From the IMG/VR virus record IMGVR_UViG_3300034418_009100: 64,000 nt of DNA, one strand, 5' to 3'. Made by a program: the position numbers and the translations under genes. The notes beneath the pieces are model-generated. The model searched no databases. It saw nothing but the letters and a program-made list of their open reading frames with translations, and was not told the origin of the DNA. Origin of the DNA: an uncultured virus (IMG/VR IMGVR_UViG_3300034418_009100) (lineage: Duplodnaviria; Heunggongvirae; Uroviricota; Caudoviricetes). Positions 28,777 through 38,623 of this stretch are shown here, piece by piece; position 1 is the stretch's first letter; each line of letters opens with the position of its first letter.

Positions 28777-28850
28777 TATTGAAGCACATTCTAGGCACGA
28801 TCTTTACTGCAGGTGCCGACGAAAAAGAGACGAGTGTGCTTCAATATGGT
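28773..28850 (+). ncRNA. stem-closed cassette E5 with pseudoknot-capable cargo
   Basis: ACCATATTGAAGCACATTC...GAGTGTGCTTCAATATGGT; overlaps the Tyr CCA and the Asp 5' end. Confidence 0.7.
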
Positions 28851-28922
28851 CTGTTAGTTAAACGGTTATAATAATGGCCTGTCACGCCGTAGTCAGGGGT
28901 TCGACTCCCCTACAGACCGCCA
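28848..28922 (+). tRNA. tRNA-Asp(GTC)
   Basis: ATGGC-CTGTCAC-GCCGT, GCCA end. Confidence 0.95.
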
Positions 28923-28928
28923 AATAAA

Positions 28929-28957
28929 TTTACATACTGATTATAAATCAGTATAAT
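28929..28957 (+). promoter_or_regulatory. sigma70 promoter with palindromic spacer
   Basis: TTTACA-17 bp-TATAAT; TACTGATT..AATCAGTA inverted repeat. Confidence 0.75.
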
Positions 28958-28966
28958 TACTTTAAA

Positions 28967-29053
28967 GGAAGGTTGGCAGAGTGGTAATGCACCGGATTGC
29001 TAATCCGCCGCTCAGAAATGGGCGCACAGGTTCGAGTCCTGTACCTTCCGCCA
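28967..29053 (+). tRNA. tRNA-Ser(GCT)
   Basis: TT-GCT-AA loop, long variable arm, GCCA end. Confidence 0.93.
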
Positions 29054-29057
29054 TATT

Positions 29058-29133
29058 GCGGGATTAGCTCAGTTGGTAGAGCGAATGCTTGCCAAGCATT
29101 AGGTCGTCGGTTCGAACCCGATATCCCGCTCCA
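29058..29133 (+). tRNA. tRNA-Gly(GCC)
   Basis: AATGC-TTGCCAA-GCATT, TCCA end. Confidence 0.95.
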
Positions 29134-29148
29134 CTTTAGTTTATAACT

Positions 29149-30240
29149 TTGATTAATATATATTCTGCTGGTCATGTTTATGGTTTAGAGTTTTTGCCTG
29201 AATCTTATGAAATCTTTAATAATTTAGAAAAAATAAAACTAGCACCAGGCGCACGTCTTGCATTTATAAGCAACGCAGATATCTGGTATTCTTTACCAAG
29301 AGAATTTTTTGATGTAGTTGTTTTTTGGACAACTGAATCGTTATCTTGGGAAAGAACTCAAAACAAACCCATTGTCCCTTTGTCAGATAAAGATATTATT
29401 TTCAGCAGTAGCAAAGGGCCAAACAATGATATGGATCTGCTTTATTGGTATGATTATGTATCTGGGATTTATAAATCAAAGTTTAAAAAATTTTTGCCAA
29501 GCCTTGAAATATCAAATCATAAGTTGTTTTGTAGTTTAGGTAAAGCCAGATTGCCAAGGACTTATGCTTATTGTAAATTCCACGAATTAAATCTAATAAA
29601 ATCTAATCATATAAGTTTTGTTTCACGTAAAATTTATAAAAATATAGAATCCCCTGACAATATGGATTTTGAAGGTCAATCTAAAATGGCAGATTTTGTT
29701 GCAAATTCTTCTATTGACCTACAAGAACCTATAAAAATTAATTTCAAAGATGATTGGAATATCAGTAAGAGGCAAAATGATTGGTATACAAAACTTAGAA
29801 ATACAAACGTAAATGTTTCTGCAATTTTCCCAACTAAAGTGATAAATCAGTCTAGTTTGCTTTTTGTATTTGAAACGGAAATGCATAATTTAGAACACTT
29901 TTCAACAGAAAAAACAGTAAAGGCACTTATTAGTGGAAGACCATCTATTATAATTGCATCTCAAGGTTATCTTGATTATGTTAAAAAACTAGGGTTTAAA
30001 ACATGGGACGGGATTATCGATGAAAAATATCAATATTATTCATGCCATAAAACAAGAATAGACAAAGCAATAAACGAAGCACAACGTTTTTTTTCAACCG
30101 ATGTACTCGGTAGCAAATGCCTACAAAAACAAATTAAAGACATTGCAGTTTACAATAGGAATCATTTATTTCAAACCGACTGGAAATATAACCAAAAAAT
30201 TGCTTGGAACAAAATTTTAAAAAAACTGAAAAATAAATAA
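29149..30240 (+). CDS. AT-rich accessory protein, glycosyltransferase-like
   Basis: FVFETE..FSTEKTVKAL..GRPSIII..LGFKTW..IIDE.Y; start codon uncertain. Confidence 0.55.
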   Translation: MINIYSAGHVYGLEFLPESYEIFNNLEKIKLAPGARLAFISNADIWYSLPREFFDVVVFWTTESLSWERTQNKPIVPLSDKDIIFSSSKGPNNDMDLLYWYDYVSGIYKSKFKKFLPSLEISNHKLFCSLGKARLPRTYAYCKFHELNLIKSNHISFVSRKIYKNIESPDNMDFEGQSKMADFVANSSIDLQEPIKINFKDDWNISKRQNDWYTKLRNTNVNVSAIFPTKVINQSSLLFVFETEMHNLEHFSTEKTVKALISGRPSIIIASQGYLDYVKKLGFKTWDGIIDEKYQYYSCHKTRIDKAINEAQRFFSTDVLGSKCLQKQIKDIAVYNRNHLFQTDWKYNQKIAWNKILKKLKNK

Positions 30241-30241
30241 T

Positions 30242-30314
30242 CAATATTATAAAGGAGAACCACCAAATGGGGGCGCCGCGGTTGCAATTATCATGATAGT
30301 TCTTTATAATATTG
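30242..30314. repeat. 13-bp inverted repeat around a GC-rich interior (possible diverged cassette E6)
   Basis: CAATATTATAAAG...CTTTATAATATTG. Confidence 0.5.
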
Positions 30315-30336
30315 TAAAGAAATAAGGAGACACACT

Positions 30337-30510
30337 ATGAAGCAAGCAGTATATCGCAATGCTGTAAATCAGCGCGACGAATGGATTTGTGACGATCCTA
30401 AAAAGACCAAGTACATAGACGGTGTCCAATATCTTACGGTTCGCCGACCTGACAGTGAACGTCTAGTCCTTATTAGAAAGGACAGTTTAATTCGGGTACA
30501 AACCAAGTAA
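30337..30510 (+). CDS. 57-aa hypothetical protein
   Basis: MKQAVYRNAVNQRDEWICDD..IDGVQYLTV..; AAGGAG RBS; not in the ORF track. Confidence 0.7.
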   Translation: MKQAVYRNAVNQRDEWICDDPKKTKYIDGVQYLTVRRPDSERLVLIRKDSLIRVQTK

Positions 30511-30525
30511 CATTAAATATCTTGT

Positions 30526-31551
30526 ATGAGAATTATCGAAGAAGTAAAGTTGGATTTCAAAGACGTACTCTTTGTTCCAAAACGCAGTACTTTGACTAGT
30601 AGACGTGAAGTTGACTTAGTTAGGAATTTCGAGTTTAAACACAGCAAATACAAATACAGTGGCATACCCATCATGGCATCAAACATGGATGGAGTTGGCT
30701 CATTTGAAATGGCTCGAGCCCTAACTGAACACCAACTGTTTACCTGTGTAGTTAAAAGTAAAGGCTATGCTGACTGGGCTCAGAACTGGCCAGCATTAAC
30801 CCAAGACACCGTGGCAGTAAGCACAGGTATCACAGAAGCGGACAGTAAGAGGTTAGACATAATCTTACAGCATTGTCCCGACATACAGTTTATCTGTATT
30901 GATGTTGCCAACGGTTATCACGAACACTTTGGCGACTTTGTAGAACAAGTCAGGCAACGCTATCCAAACAAAACTATTATTGCTGGTAACGTGGTTACCG
31001 CAGACATGACGCAAGAACTTATCATGAGAGGAGCAGACATTGTCAAAGTCGGAATCGGACCGGGATCGGTATGTACAACTAGGTTTCAAACTGGGGTTGG
31101 TTACCCGCAACTTAGTGCGATTATTGAGTGCAGTGATGCGGCTCATGGGCTCAATGCCCATATTATTGCTGATGGCGGTTGCACTAGCCCAGGCGATGTG
31201 GCTAAAGCATTTGGCGCCGGCGCAGACTTTGTCATGCTTGGGGGCATGTTAGCCGGACACACAGAAGGCGGCGGCGACATTGTTGACGGTAAGATCAAGT
31301 TTTATGGCATGAGTTCAGACACTGCTATGGACAAGCATAATGGCGGTGTTGCCAGTTACCGCAGCAGTGAAGGCAAAACTGTTACTATGCCGCACAAAGG
31401 TATTGTTGAACACACTGTATTAAACATACTAGGTGGACTACGTAGTACCTGCACTTACGTTGGCGCCGTTAACTTAAAAAATCTCAGTAAGTGTACCACC
31501 TTTGCAAGAGTTACACAACAAACAAACGACGTTTATGGAAAACCACAATGA
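30526..31551 (+). CDS. guaC: GMP reductase
   Basis: [55 protein letters not shown]. Confidence 0.95.
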   Translation: MRIIEEVKLDFKDVLFVPKRSTLTSRREVDLVRNFEFKHSKYKYSGIPIMASNMDGVGSFEMARALTEHQLFTCVVKSKGYADWAQNWPALTQDTVAVSTGITEADSKRLDIILQHCPDIQFICIDVANGYHEHFGDFVEQVRQRYPNKTIIAGNVVTADMTQELIMRGADIVKVGIGPGSVCTTRFQTGVGYPQLSAIIECSDAAHGLNAHIIADGGCTSPGDVAKAFGAGADFVMLGGMLAGHTEGGGDIVDGKIKFYGMSSDTAMDKHNGGVASYRSSEGKTVTMPHKGIVEHTVLNILGGLRSTCTYVGAVNLKNLSKCTTFARVTQQTNDVYGKPQ

Positions 31552-32522
31552 GTTTCAAAGAAGAAATTTTAAAATACAGTAGACAAGATCGGATTGCACC
31601 CTTAAGTGATTGGTTCGACAATGCGCTCAGTGAACTAATTGATTTTGATGTTTATCCTTATTCAGATAAACTAGATGAGATAGGTAAGATTCTAGTTAAA
31701 AATCTCGTAGCGTATAGAGAAAAATATAACGTCAATGATGTTGTAATTGGTATGAGTGGCGGAGTGGACAGTGCTCTTACTGCGGCCTTGTTTAAACGGG
31801 CAGGTTATACTGTATGGGGATTTACACTACCAATTCATCAAAAGCCTGAAGAAACAGAGCGTGGCATGGCAGCATGTCGGGCCTTTGACATTATTCATAA
31901 GCAGATTGACTTGACTGAGTCTTACGAATTTATGTTAAAGCAGACTCGACTGTTTGATCCAGAGATCGACAATGAAGAGGCAAAATTACGTCGAGGTAAT
32001 TTGCGTGTACGTCTACGTATGATGACCTTGTACAACATGGCCAGTGCCGTGCGAGGGTTTGTGGCCAGTACAGACAACTATAGTGAACTGGCTGCAGGTT
32101 TTTGGACATTACACGGTGATGTAGGCGACGTTAGTCCTATTCAAAGTCTTAATAAGAGTTGGGAGGTACCTAAACTAGCAGAGATCGCGGGCGTACCTCA
32201 AGAAACTGTGTTTGCTACACCTACAGACGGATTAGGTATCAGCAACGGTGATGAAGATCAATTTGGATTTAGTTACTTAGAGTTTGATATTGTTTTACAT
32301 CGTATTGGACAGACTACTATTACCTCTTCCAACCGACAGGAGATTTTAGAATCACTAGCAGTGCCTGATGAGGACTTAGAAAAAGTAAATCGTATTTTAG
32401 ATAGAATACAGTCAAGTGCATTTAAGCGAGCAAATCCATTTAACCTATTGCATCCCGCACAGCCCACAAGGTTTCAACAACTAGAAACCATTGACACGGC
32501 TGTGTGGAATCCTGTAAAATAA
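31548..32522 (+). CDS. nadE: NH3-dependent NAD+ synthetase
   Basis: [48 protein letters not shown] at 31548. Confidence 0.9.
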   Translation: MSFKEEILKYSRQDRIAPLSDWFDNALSELIDFDVYPYSDKLDEIGKILVKNLVAYREKYNVNDVVIGMSGGVDSALTAALFKRAGYTVWGFTLPIHQKPEETERGMAACRAFDIIHKQIDLTESYEFMLKQTRLFDPEIDNEEAKLRRGNLRVRLRMMTLYNMASAVRGFVASTDNYSELAAGFWTLHGDVGDVSPIQSLNKSWEVPKLAEIAGVPQETVFATPTDGLGISNGDEDQFGFSYLEFDIVLHRIGQTTITSSNRQEILESLAVPDEDLEKVNRILDRIQSSAFKRANPFNLLHPAQPTRFQQLETIDTAVWNPVK

Positions 32523-32543
32523 ATATTCTATCAACAATATTTT

Positions 32544-32978
32544 ATGATTTACGAAATACGAGATGAACAAGATCCCTACAGTTATCTATTAGCAGAAGAT
32601 CCAGTAAGGGCACACATTCCATTAGCAGAACGTTTTGGAAAAAATCGCCATGTATTTGCCTTGACTGATGAAAATGTAGTAACTGCTATCGTATGTAGTA
32701 AGTTATGTCATGGTGTACCTGCCAGTGAACAGGAATTGTTAGCAGACAACGCAAACAATCCTAACACTATTGTGTTTTATACTATCTGGAGCTATAAATC
32801 CGGATCAGGACAACAATTAATAGCAGAAGGTCTTAAAATTGCCAAAGAAGCATTTACTAATGTAGAGCGTTTTGTCACACTAAGTCCTCCGACGGAACTT
32901 GCACGCCGCTTTCATTTACGTAATGGTGCCACAGTGTTTAGAGTAAATCAAGATACTGTTAACTACGAGTACAAATAA
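32544..32978 (+). CDS. small GNAT-fold protein resembling the malonyl-CoA decarboxylase core
   Basis: TIVFYTIWS..GSGQQLI..FVTLSP. Confidence 0.5.
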   Translation: MIYEIRDEQDPYSYLLAEDPVRAHIPLAERFGKNRHVFALTDENVVTAIVCSKLCHGVPASEQELLADNANNPNTIVFYTIWSYKSGSGQQLIAEGLKIAKEAFTNVERFVTLSPPTELARRFHLRNGATVFRVNQDTVNYEYK

Positions 32979-32980
32979 TT

Positions 32981-33721
32981 ATGGTACAAATAAAAAACTA
33001 TTTGGTAGGGTGTGTTAGGCCAGTAGTAAACTATTGGGGTTATTGGCAGGGAACAGGTCCAAACCCAAATTGGGAAAAAGACTATAAAAGTTATGCTGAC
33101 ATGTATAAAATTAGTCGCCAAAGCGCCAAAAAGTTTCTACAAAGCACTTGGAAAGAAGTAGCATTAAAATCTCCGGTGCTTGATGCACGAATGAATCAAA
33201 TTGCAACATACTATGCAATTAAAGAAATGTGGCATCAAGAACCATGCAACATATTGTTCATGGGTTCAGACACTATGTTTATTAAGCCAACTGAATTTTT
33301 TGGAAAATACCGAGAAATGCGTTTGTTTAATTATACTGATCCTAAATCACACCCAGAGCATACGCACTATCTAAATGATGATATTAGATACTATCCTGCT
33401 ACTATGGACTCTAGTGTTTGGGAACTGGGCGAACAACTTATGGCCAAATGGTTTAGTCATAAAGAAAGCGATTGGAGTTGGGGGCAACTTCTTCACAATC
33501 ATCAGATCTGGAGTCAAGGACTGACTCCTGAGCAAATGATAGATCCTACTATGGCTTTTCAGGTAGTAAGTTTAGATGAAAATCATTCAAATTCATTTAA
33601 TGGGTGTACTTTAGCAGAAGCAAAAGTCTTACATTTTCACGGCAGTAGAAATGCAGGAGAGCGTAATGCAGTAATGTTGGACATTGCAAAACAAATGGAC
33701 ATTGACGTTGATTCAGAATAA
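32981..33721 (+). CDS. putative GT-A fold glycosyltransferase
   Basis: ILFMGSDT degenerate DxD, KVLHFHGSR; first gene of the sugar cluster. Confidence 0.5.
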   Translation: MVQIKNYLVGCVRPVVNYWGYWQGTGPNPNWEKDYKSYADMYKISRQSAKKFLQSTWKEVALKSPVLDARMNQIATYYAIKEMWHQEPCNILFMGSDTMFIKPTEFFGKYREMRLFNYTDPKSHPEHTHYLNDDIRYYPATMDSSVWELGEQLMAKWFSHKESDWSWGQLLHNHQIWSQGLTPEQMIDPTMAFQVVSLDENHSNSFNGCTLAEAKVLHFHGSRNAGERNAVMLDIAKQMDIDVDSE

Positions 33722-34673
33722 AAGATTTTTAATTACAGGTGCAACGGGTTTTATTGGCAGTCATTTAGTAGAATATTTTTCTCAGCACAATAATCAAATT
33801 GTCTGCGGTGTAAGGAAAGACACAAAAAATTCGTCACGCCTGAAGCACATTGAAAATTTAGAATTTGTTGAGTATGGTCTTAAAGAACCTTGTAATCATC
33901 TAAGATCACAATTACTTAACATAGACTATATTTTGCACGTTGCCGCAAACCCTAGTTCAGAAGCCAGCCTACAAGATCCAATTGGCGCAATATTTGATAA
34001 TGTGGTGGGTACGGGATATATTTTAGAACTAGCACGAGAATTAAATCTTAAACGATTTGTATATTACAGTACAGCAGAAGTATTTGGTCCAGTCAGATTA
34101 GGCAATGACAGCAAAGAAGATGATCCTTACAACTCTAACAATCCATACGGAGCAACTAAAGCCGGAGGTGAAGAACTTGCGGTTGCTTACAGTTCAAGTT
34201 TTGGCATACCGACATCAGTAGTCCATCTCAATAACTCGTTTGGTGAAAGATGTCAAAGCACTCGTTTCCCAGTAACCACAATTAAAAAGATATTAAACAA
34301 CGAAAAACTTGTAATTCATACAGGTGCAGATGGACATATTGGTGGCCGGCGCTGGTATTATGTTAAAGATGTAGCCGAACATACTGATTTTATTTTACAA
34401 AATCAAAAAAGCCATTGTGAAAAATGGAATAGTGCTGGTGCTGAATTCATTGATAATTTATCGTTTGCTAAGATGATTGCACAAAGTTTGAAAAAAGAGT
34501 TACGTTATGATCTTGTGCCAGTAGACAGACCAGGACATGATGCTTATAATCTAGTCAATCCCGATAAACTTTATCGTGAAGGATATAAGAACACCAGTAC
34601 CACACAGGAAAAAATAGACAACATGGTAAAATGGTATTTAAATAATACTCAATGGTTGGAAAACGTTCAATGA
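33684..34673 (+). CDS. NAD-dependent epimerase/dehydratase (RmlB-like SDR)
   Basis: ITGATGFIGSH, STAEVFG, PYGATK; start codon uncertain. Confidence 0.9.
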   Translation: MQNKWTLTLIQNKRFLITGATGFIGSHLVEYFSQHNNQIVCGVRKDTKNSSRLKHIENLEFVEYGLKEPCNHLRSQLLNIDYILHVAANPSSEASLQDPIGAIFDNVVGTGYILELARELNLKRFVYYSTAEVFGPVRLGNDSKEDDPYNSNNPYGATKAGGEELAVAYSSSFGIPTSVVHLNNSFGERCQSTRFPVTTIKKILNNEKLVIHTGADGHIGGRRWYYVKDVAEHTDFILQNQKSHCEKWNSAGAEFIDNLSFAKMIAQSLKKELRYDLVPVDRPGHDAYNLVNPDKLYREGYKNTSTTQEKIDNMVKWYLNNTQWLENVQ

Positions 34674-35611
34674 GTAAGAAGATTGTGTATGTTACAGGTT
34701 GCCTGGGATTTATTGGCTACCACGTAACTCGGGCCTGTTTAGAGCAAGGGTGGTATGTTAGAGGAGTTGACAAAGGCACTTATGCAGCCAATTGGAACTT
34801 ATTACCAGAGTTACAAAAGTATAAAACTTTTACTTTTGAACATAAAGATATCAATGACATTGACAGGATCTATGACAGTGACTATTTTATTAACACTGCT
34901 GCCGAAACACACGTAGACAACAGCATTGAAAGTTCAGACGAATTTGTACACAGTAACATCGATGGTGTTCATCATTTGCTCAAATTGATCAATCAAAAGA
35001 AACTGCAAAAACCGATATTTTTGCATTTTAGCACTGACGAAGTCTACGGTGATATAGAGCAGGGCAGTCATACAGAACAAGACTTGTTACGTCCTAGCAA
35101 TCCTTACAGTGCCACCAAGGCCGCTGCCGACATGCTGGTGATGGCCTGGGGCAGAACCCATAATTTGCCTTACATAATTGTACGCCCCACCAATAACTAT
35201 GGCATAGGCCAGTATGTAGAGAAACTTATACCTAAAACTTGTAAATTTTTTACAATCGGCAAACGAGTTGATCTACACAATAATGGGACTCCTGTTCGTA
35301 CATGGTTACATGCTTCTGATACTGCTAGTGCAATTATTAAAATTATTGAATCTGGCGTAACTAATGAAATTTATAATATTTCTGGTAATTTAGAATTACA
35401 AAACATTGAAGTGGTTAAAAAAGTTTCCAAAATAATGCACAACACCGACGATGTTTCCTCTTATATAGAAGATTCGGTTAGAAAAGGGCAAGATGTTAGG
35501 TACAGTATAGATGATTCCAAACTTAAAAAACTTGGATGGCGACCACAGGCAGAGTTTGACACGGAGTTGAAAAAAATAGTAAAATACTACAAGAACAATT
35601 TTATTTGGTAA
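34670..35611 (+). CDS. rmlB: dTDP-glucose 4,6-dehydratase-like
   Basis: VTGCLGFIG, AAETHVDNSI, STDEVYG, PSNPYSATKA, NNYG..Q..EKLIP. Confidence 0.88.
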   Translation: MSKKIVYVTGCLGFIGYHVTRACLEQGWYVRGVDKGTYAANWNLLPELQKYKTFTFEHKDINDIDRIYDSDYFINTAAETHVDNSIESSDEFVHSNIDGVHHLLKLINQKKLQKPIFLHFSTDEVYGDIEQGSHTEQDLLRPSNPYSATKAAADMLVMAWGRTHNLPYIIVRPTNNYGIGQYVEKLIPKTCKFFTIGKRVDLHNNGTPVRTWLHASDTASAIIKIIESGVTNEIYNISGNLELQNIEVVKKVSKIMHNTDDVSSYIEDSVRKGQDVRYSIDDSKLKKLGWRPQAEFDTELKKIVKYYKNNFIW

Positions 35612-35612
35612 T

Positions 35613-36932
35613 ATGGAACACATTCTTAAACAGGTTCGCGAATACGTTGAACAAAAACAATCTAATAAGTCCTGGACTGCAGGTAAAGACTTTGTAAACT
35701 ATGCAGGCGCACACTATGATGCTGAAGAATACGTAGCAGGTGTAGAAAGTTTGCTTAACGGTTGGTTGGCAATGGGCACGGCAGGTATTGAGTTTGAACG
35801 ACGGTTTCCTTCACAGTTCGGCAAAACACTGGGTATTGTGACCAACAGTGGATCCAGCAGTAACTTGCTGATGATGGCTTCGCTTACCAGCAAACGTGGT
35901 TATAACTTGCCTAAAGGCACAAAAGTTTTGATGCCTATTGCAGGTTTTCCTACTACACTTAATCCTACCCTACAAGTAGGATTCTTACCTCAGTTTGTAG
36001 ACATTGAATTAGACACATTAAACATTAATTTAGACCAAGTTGAACGTGCATTAGCCAATGATCCAGAAATACGTGTAATTACTTTTGCACACGTCTTGGG
36101 TAATCCTCCTAACATGGATCAGTTAATGGATCTTGTGCGTAAACACGATTTAATTTTGTTAGAAGACTGTTGCGATGCACTGGGCAGTACGTGGAACGGT
36201 CAACCTCTTGGCAGTTTTGGTTTAATGGCATCATGCAGTTTTTATCCTGCACACCATATGACCATGGGTGAAGGTGGATTTGTTGCTACCAATGATCCAC
36301 AACAAGAAGTTATATTACGCAGTTTCCGTGAATGGGGCCGCGGTTGTTACTGTGTTGGTCCAGAGGCAAACAAACTGAAATGTGGTACTTGCGGCAAACG
36401 ATTTAGCGAATGGATTCCTGCCATGCCAGGAGAAATATTTGACCACAAGTATGTTTACGATGAGATTGGTTATAACCTAAAACCCATCGAACTACAATGT
36501 GCCATGGGCTTGAAGCAGTTGGACAAATTGCCAGAAATACATCAACTACGCCGCCGCAACTACAAATTGTTACTAGACATTTACAAAAAGCACGAAGAAT
36601 TTTTTATCTTACCTTATGCACAACCAGGCTCGGATCCATCATGGTTTGCTTTTCCCTTAACAATAAGGCAGGGCGCACCATTTAGTCGTAGTGATATAGT
36701 AGACTATTTGGAAGAAAACCTTATACAGACACGCCCGTATTTTGCAGGCAATATTATGCTACAACCTGCGTACAGCCATTTGATGGATCCGAATGTGGCC
36801 CGAAACTTAATGCCCAATGCTACACACGCCATGACTCATACTTACTTTCATGGCACCAGTCCTGTGATTACAGAACAGCAAATTCAGTACATTGGAGAAA
36901 TTGTAGACGGCTTCTTAAGTTTGTTTAAGTAA
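35613..36932 (+). CDS. rfbH: NDP-4-keto-6-deoxyglucose 3-dehydratase (E1, RfbH/DdhC)
   Basis: NSGSSSNL, EDCCDALGS, SFYPAHHMTMGEGG (His in place of Lys), WGRGCYC..TCGKRF, DHKYVY..GYNLK. Confidence 0.92.
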   Translation: MEHILKQVREYVEQKQSNKSWTAGKDFVNYAGAHYDAEEYVAGVESLLNGWLAMGTAGIEFERRFPSQFGKTLGIVTNSGSSSNLLMMASLTSKRGYNLPKGTKVLMPIAGFPTTLNPTLQVGFLPQFVDIELDTLNINLDQVERALANDPEIRVITFAHVLGNPPNMDQLMDLVRKHDLILLEDCCDALGSTWNGQPLGSFGLMASCSFYPAHHMTMGEGGFVATNDPQQEVILRSFREWGRGCYCVGPEANKLKCGTCGKRFSEWIPAMPGEIFDHKYVYDEIGYNLKPIELQCAMGLKQLDKLPEIHQLRRRNYKLLLDIYKKHEEFFILPYAQPGSDPSWFAFPLTIRQGAPFSRSDIVDYLEENLIQTRPYFAGNIMLQPAYSHLMDPNVARNLMPNATHAMTHTYFHGTSPVITEQQIQYIGEIVDGFLSLFK

Positions 36933-36952
36933 TAATATAGAAATGGTAACAG

Positions 36953-37612
36953 ATGATTAACAACGCTATTGAAGTAAGAGAATATCAAGGAAACTCTTGG
37001 TACTGGCCCAAACAAGACGGTATTGATGAAAATTCTTGTTGGGACTATCTTACAAAACGATCAGAAGTTCCTGATAGAATAAGTGAACTAGTAAGCAATA
37101 GACAAGTGGTAGTACAAGCAGGTGGTAACTGCGGGTATTATGTTAAACCATATGCAAGAAACTTTCAAACAGTTTACACTTTCGAGCCAGACCCTACTAA
37201 TTTTCTTTGTTTATGCATGAACGTTCCAGAGATTAACGTTATAAAAATGCAAGGGTGTTTAAGTAACAACCATGCACTATTAGGAATGGAAAATCATAAA
37301 CTTGGACAAGATGTTGGAGCCGGACACGTAGTTCCGGGAGGAGTTTTCCCCTCATTTAGAATTGACGATTTAGCACTAGAAGAATGCAATCTGATTCATT
37401 TAGATATTGAAGGCTTTGAGTTACAAGCATTGCGTGGTGCTGTCGACACTTTAGAAAAATTTAAGCCTGTGGTAGTTGTAGAAATTTTTGAAGACTGGGC
37501 TAATAGATACGATAGTAGTTTCATAAAATTAAAATCTTTTTTGTTCAGTTATAATTATGAACTAAAAACTCAAATTGATGGGGATTTAGTTTTTAAACAT
37601 AAACAAGGATAA
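36953..37612 (+). CDS. FkbM-family methyltransferase
   Basis: VQAGGNCG, TFEPDP, IHLDIEGFE..LRGA. Confidence 0.88.
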   Translation: MINNAIEVREYQGNSWYWPKQDGIDENSCWDYLTKRSEVPDRISELVSNRQVVVQAGGNCGYYVKPYARNFQTVYTFEPDPTNFLCLCMNVPEINVIKMQGCLSNNHALLGMENHKLGQDVGAGHVVPGGVFPSFRIDDLALEECNLIHLDIEGFELQALRGAVDTLEKFKPVVVVEIFEDWANRYDSSFIKLKSFLFSYNYELKTQIDGDLVFKHKQG

Positions 37613-37615
37613 ACA

Positions 37616-38623
37616 GTGAGAGTATGTGATTGGATCCCCCAATATCTGCGTTCACAAGGAGTAGAACGTGTTCATGGCTTAATGGGCGGCGGTGCAAGCG
37701 GACTCAATGATGGATTTATTAAAGCAGGAATGCCTTATATTTGCTACCATCATGAGCAAGGTGCTGGACATGCTGCCATTGGTGAAACAAAGTTTACTGG
37801 CAAAGTCAGTGTAGTAAATCCTACCACCGGTTGTGCTGGTACTAACTGCGCTACCAGCGTGCTTAATGCTTGGCAAGACAGTGTGCCTGTAATCTTTATC
37901 AGCGGCAACGTTAGACTTGATGCCTGTAGTGGATATATCAACGAGCAACGTGGTATACAATTACGCAAGTATGGCGTACAAGAACACCACATTGTGGACA
38001 CGTATGCTACAATGACTAAATGGAGCGTGTTTGTTACAGATGTACGAGATGTTGCTTATACACTAGAACGTGCAATGTGGTTAGCACAGGAAGGCAGACC
38101 TGGTCCTGTTTGGATTGACATCCCCAGCGATATACAGAACGCTCCAATGCCAGAAGATGTTAAACATTTCGAACCTCCTGCTAGTGCCAAACTTCCTGTA
38201 GACTTCGAGTTTGTAAAAAAATCTATAGAAATGAGCGAACGTCCGCTTATACTTGCGGGCTACGGTATTAGACAGAGCCAAACAGTTGACTTGTTCAATG
38301 AATTTATTGAACGATATGAAATACCATTTGCCAGTACGTATGGTGCAAGGGATTATACTCCTGGCAACCACCATTACAGCATGGGCACAGTAGGCATTAA
38401 AGGCAGTCGTGCAGGTAACTTTGCAGTACAAAATTGTGATTTATTGTTAATATTAGGTTGCAGTCTTGGCAGTAGTGTAGTAGGATATGATCCTAAACAG
38501 TTCAGTCCCTATAGTTACAAGATTATGATAGACATAGACAACAACGAATTGAACAAGGATATTGTGTCAATCGATGCTAGATATCTTTGTGGACTAGAAA
38601 AGTTTTTTGGAGCAATGCTATGA
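37616..38623 (+). CDS. TPP-dependent enzyme, N-terminal and central domains (acetolactate synthase/YerE-like)
   Basis: HHEQGAGHAA, TTGCAGTN, AWQDSVPV, GRPGPVWIDIPSD. Confidence 0.9.
   Translation: MRVCDWIPQYLRSQGVERVHGLMGGGASGLNDGFIKAGMPYICYHHEQGAGHAAIGETKFTGKVSVVNPTTGCAGTNCATSVLNAWQDSVPVIFISGNVRLDACSGYINEQRGIQLRKYGVQEHHIVDTYATMTKWSVFVTDVRDVAYTLERAMWLAQEGRPGPVWIDIPSDIQNAPMPEDVKHFEPPASAKLPVDFEFVKKSIEMSERPLILAGYGIRQSQTVDLFNEFIERYEIPFASTYGARDYTPGNHHYSMGTVGIKGSRAGNFAVQNCDLLLILGCSLGSSVVGYDPKQFSPYSYKIMIDIDNNELNKDIVSIDARYLCGLEKFFGAML

Noticed and set aside
26975..28850. CRISPR array interpretation of the repeated cassette arms
   Set aside because: The repeats are paired inverted arms around cargo of unequal length separated by tRNAs, not direct repeats with uniform spacers; no cas genes are in the window.
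26981..29175. Track ORFs overlapping the tRNA array (e.g. 26981-27328, 27114-27401, 27617-28003, 28450-28680, 28525-28782, 28957-29175)
   Set aside because: Incidental frames across tRNAs and structured RNA, without RBS.
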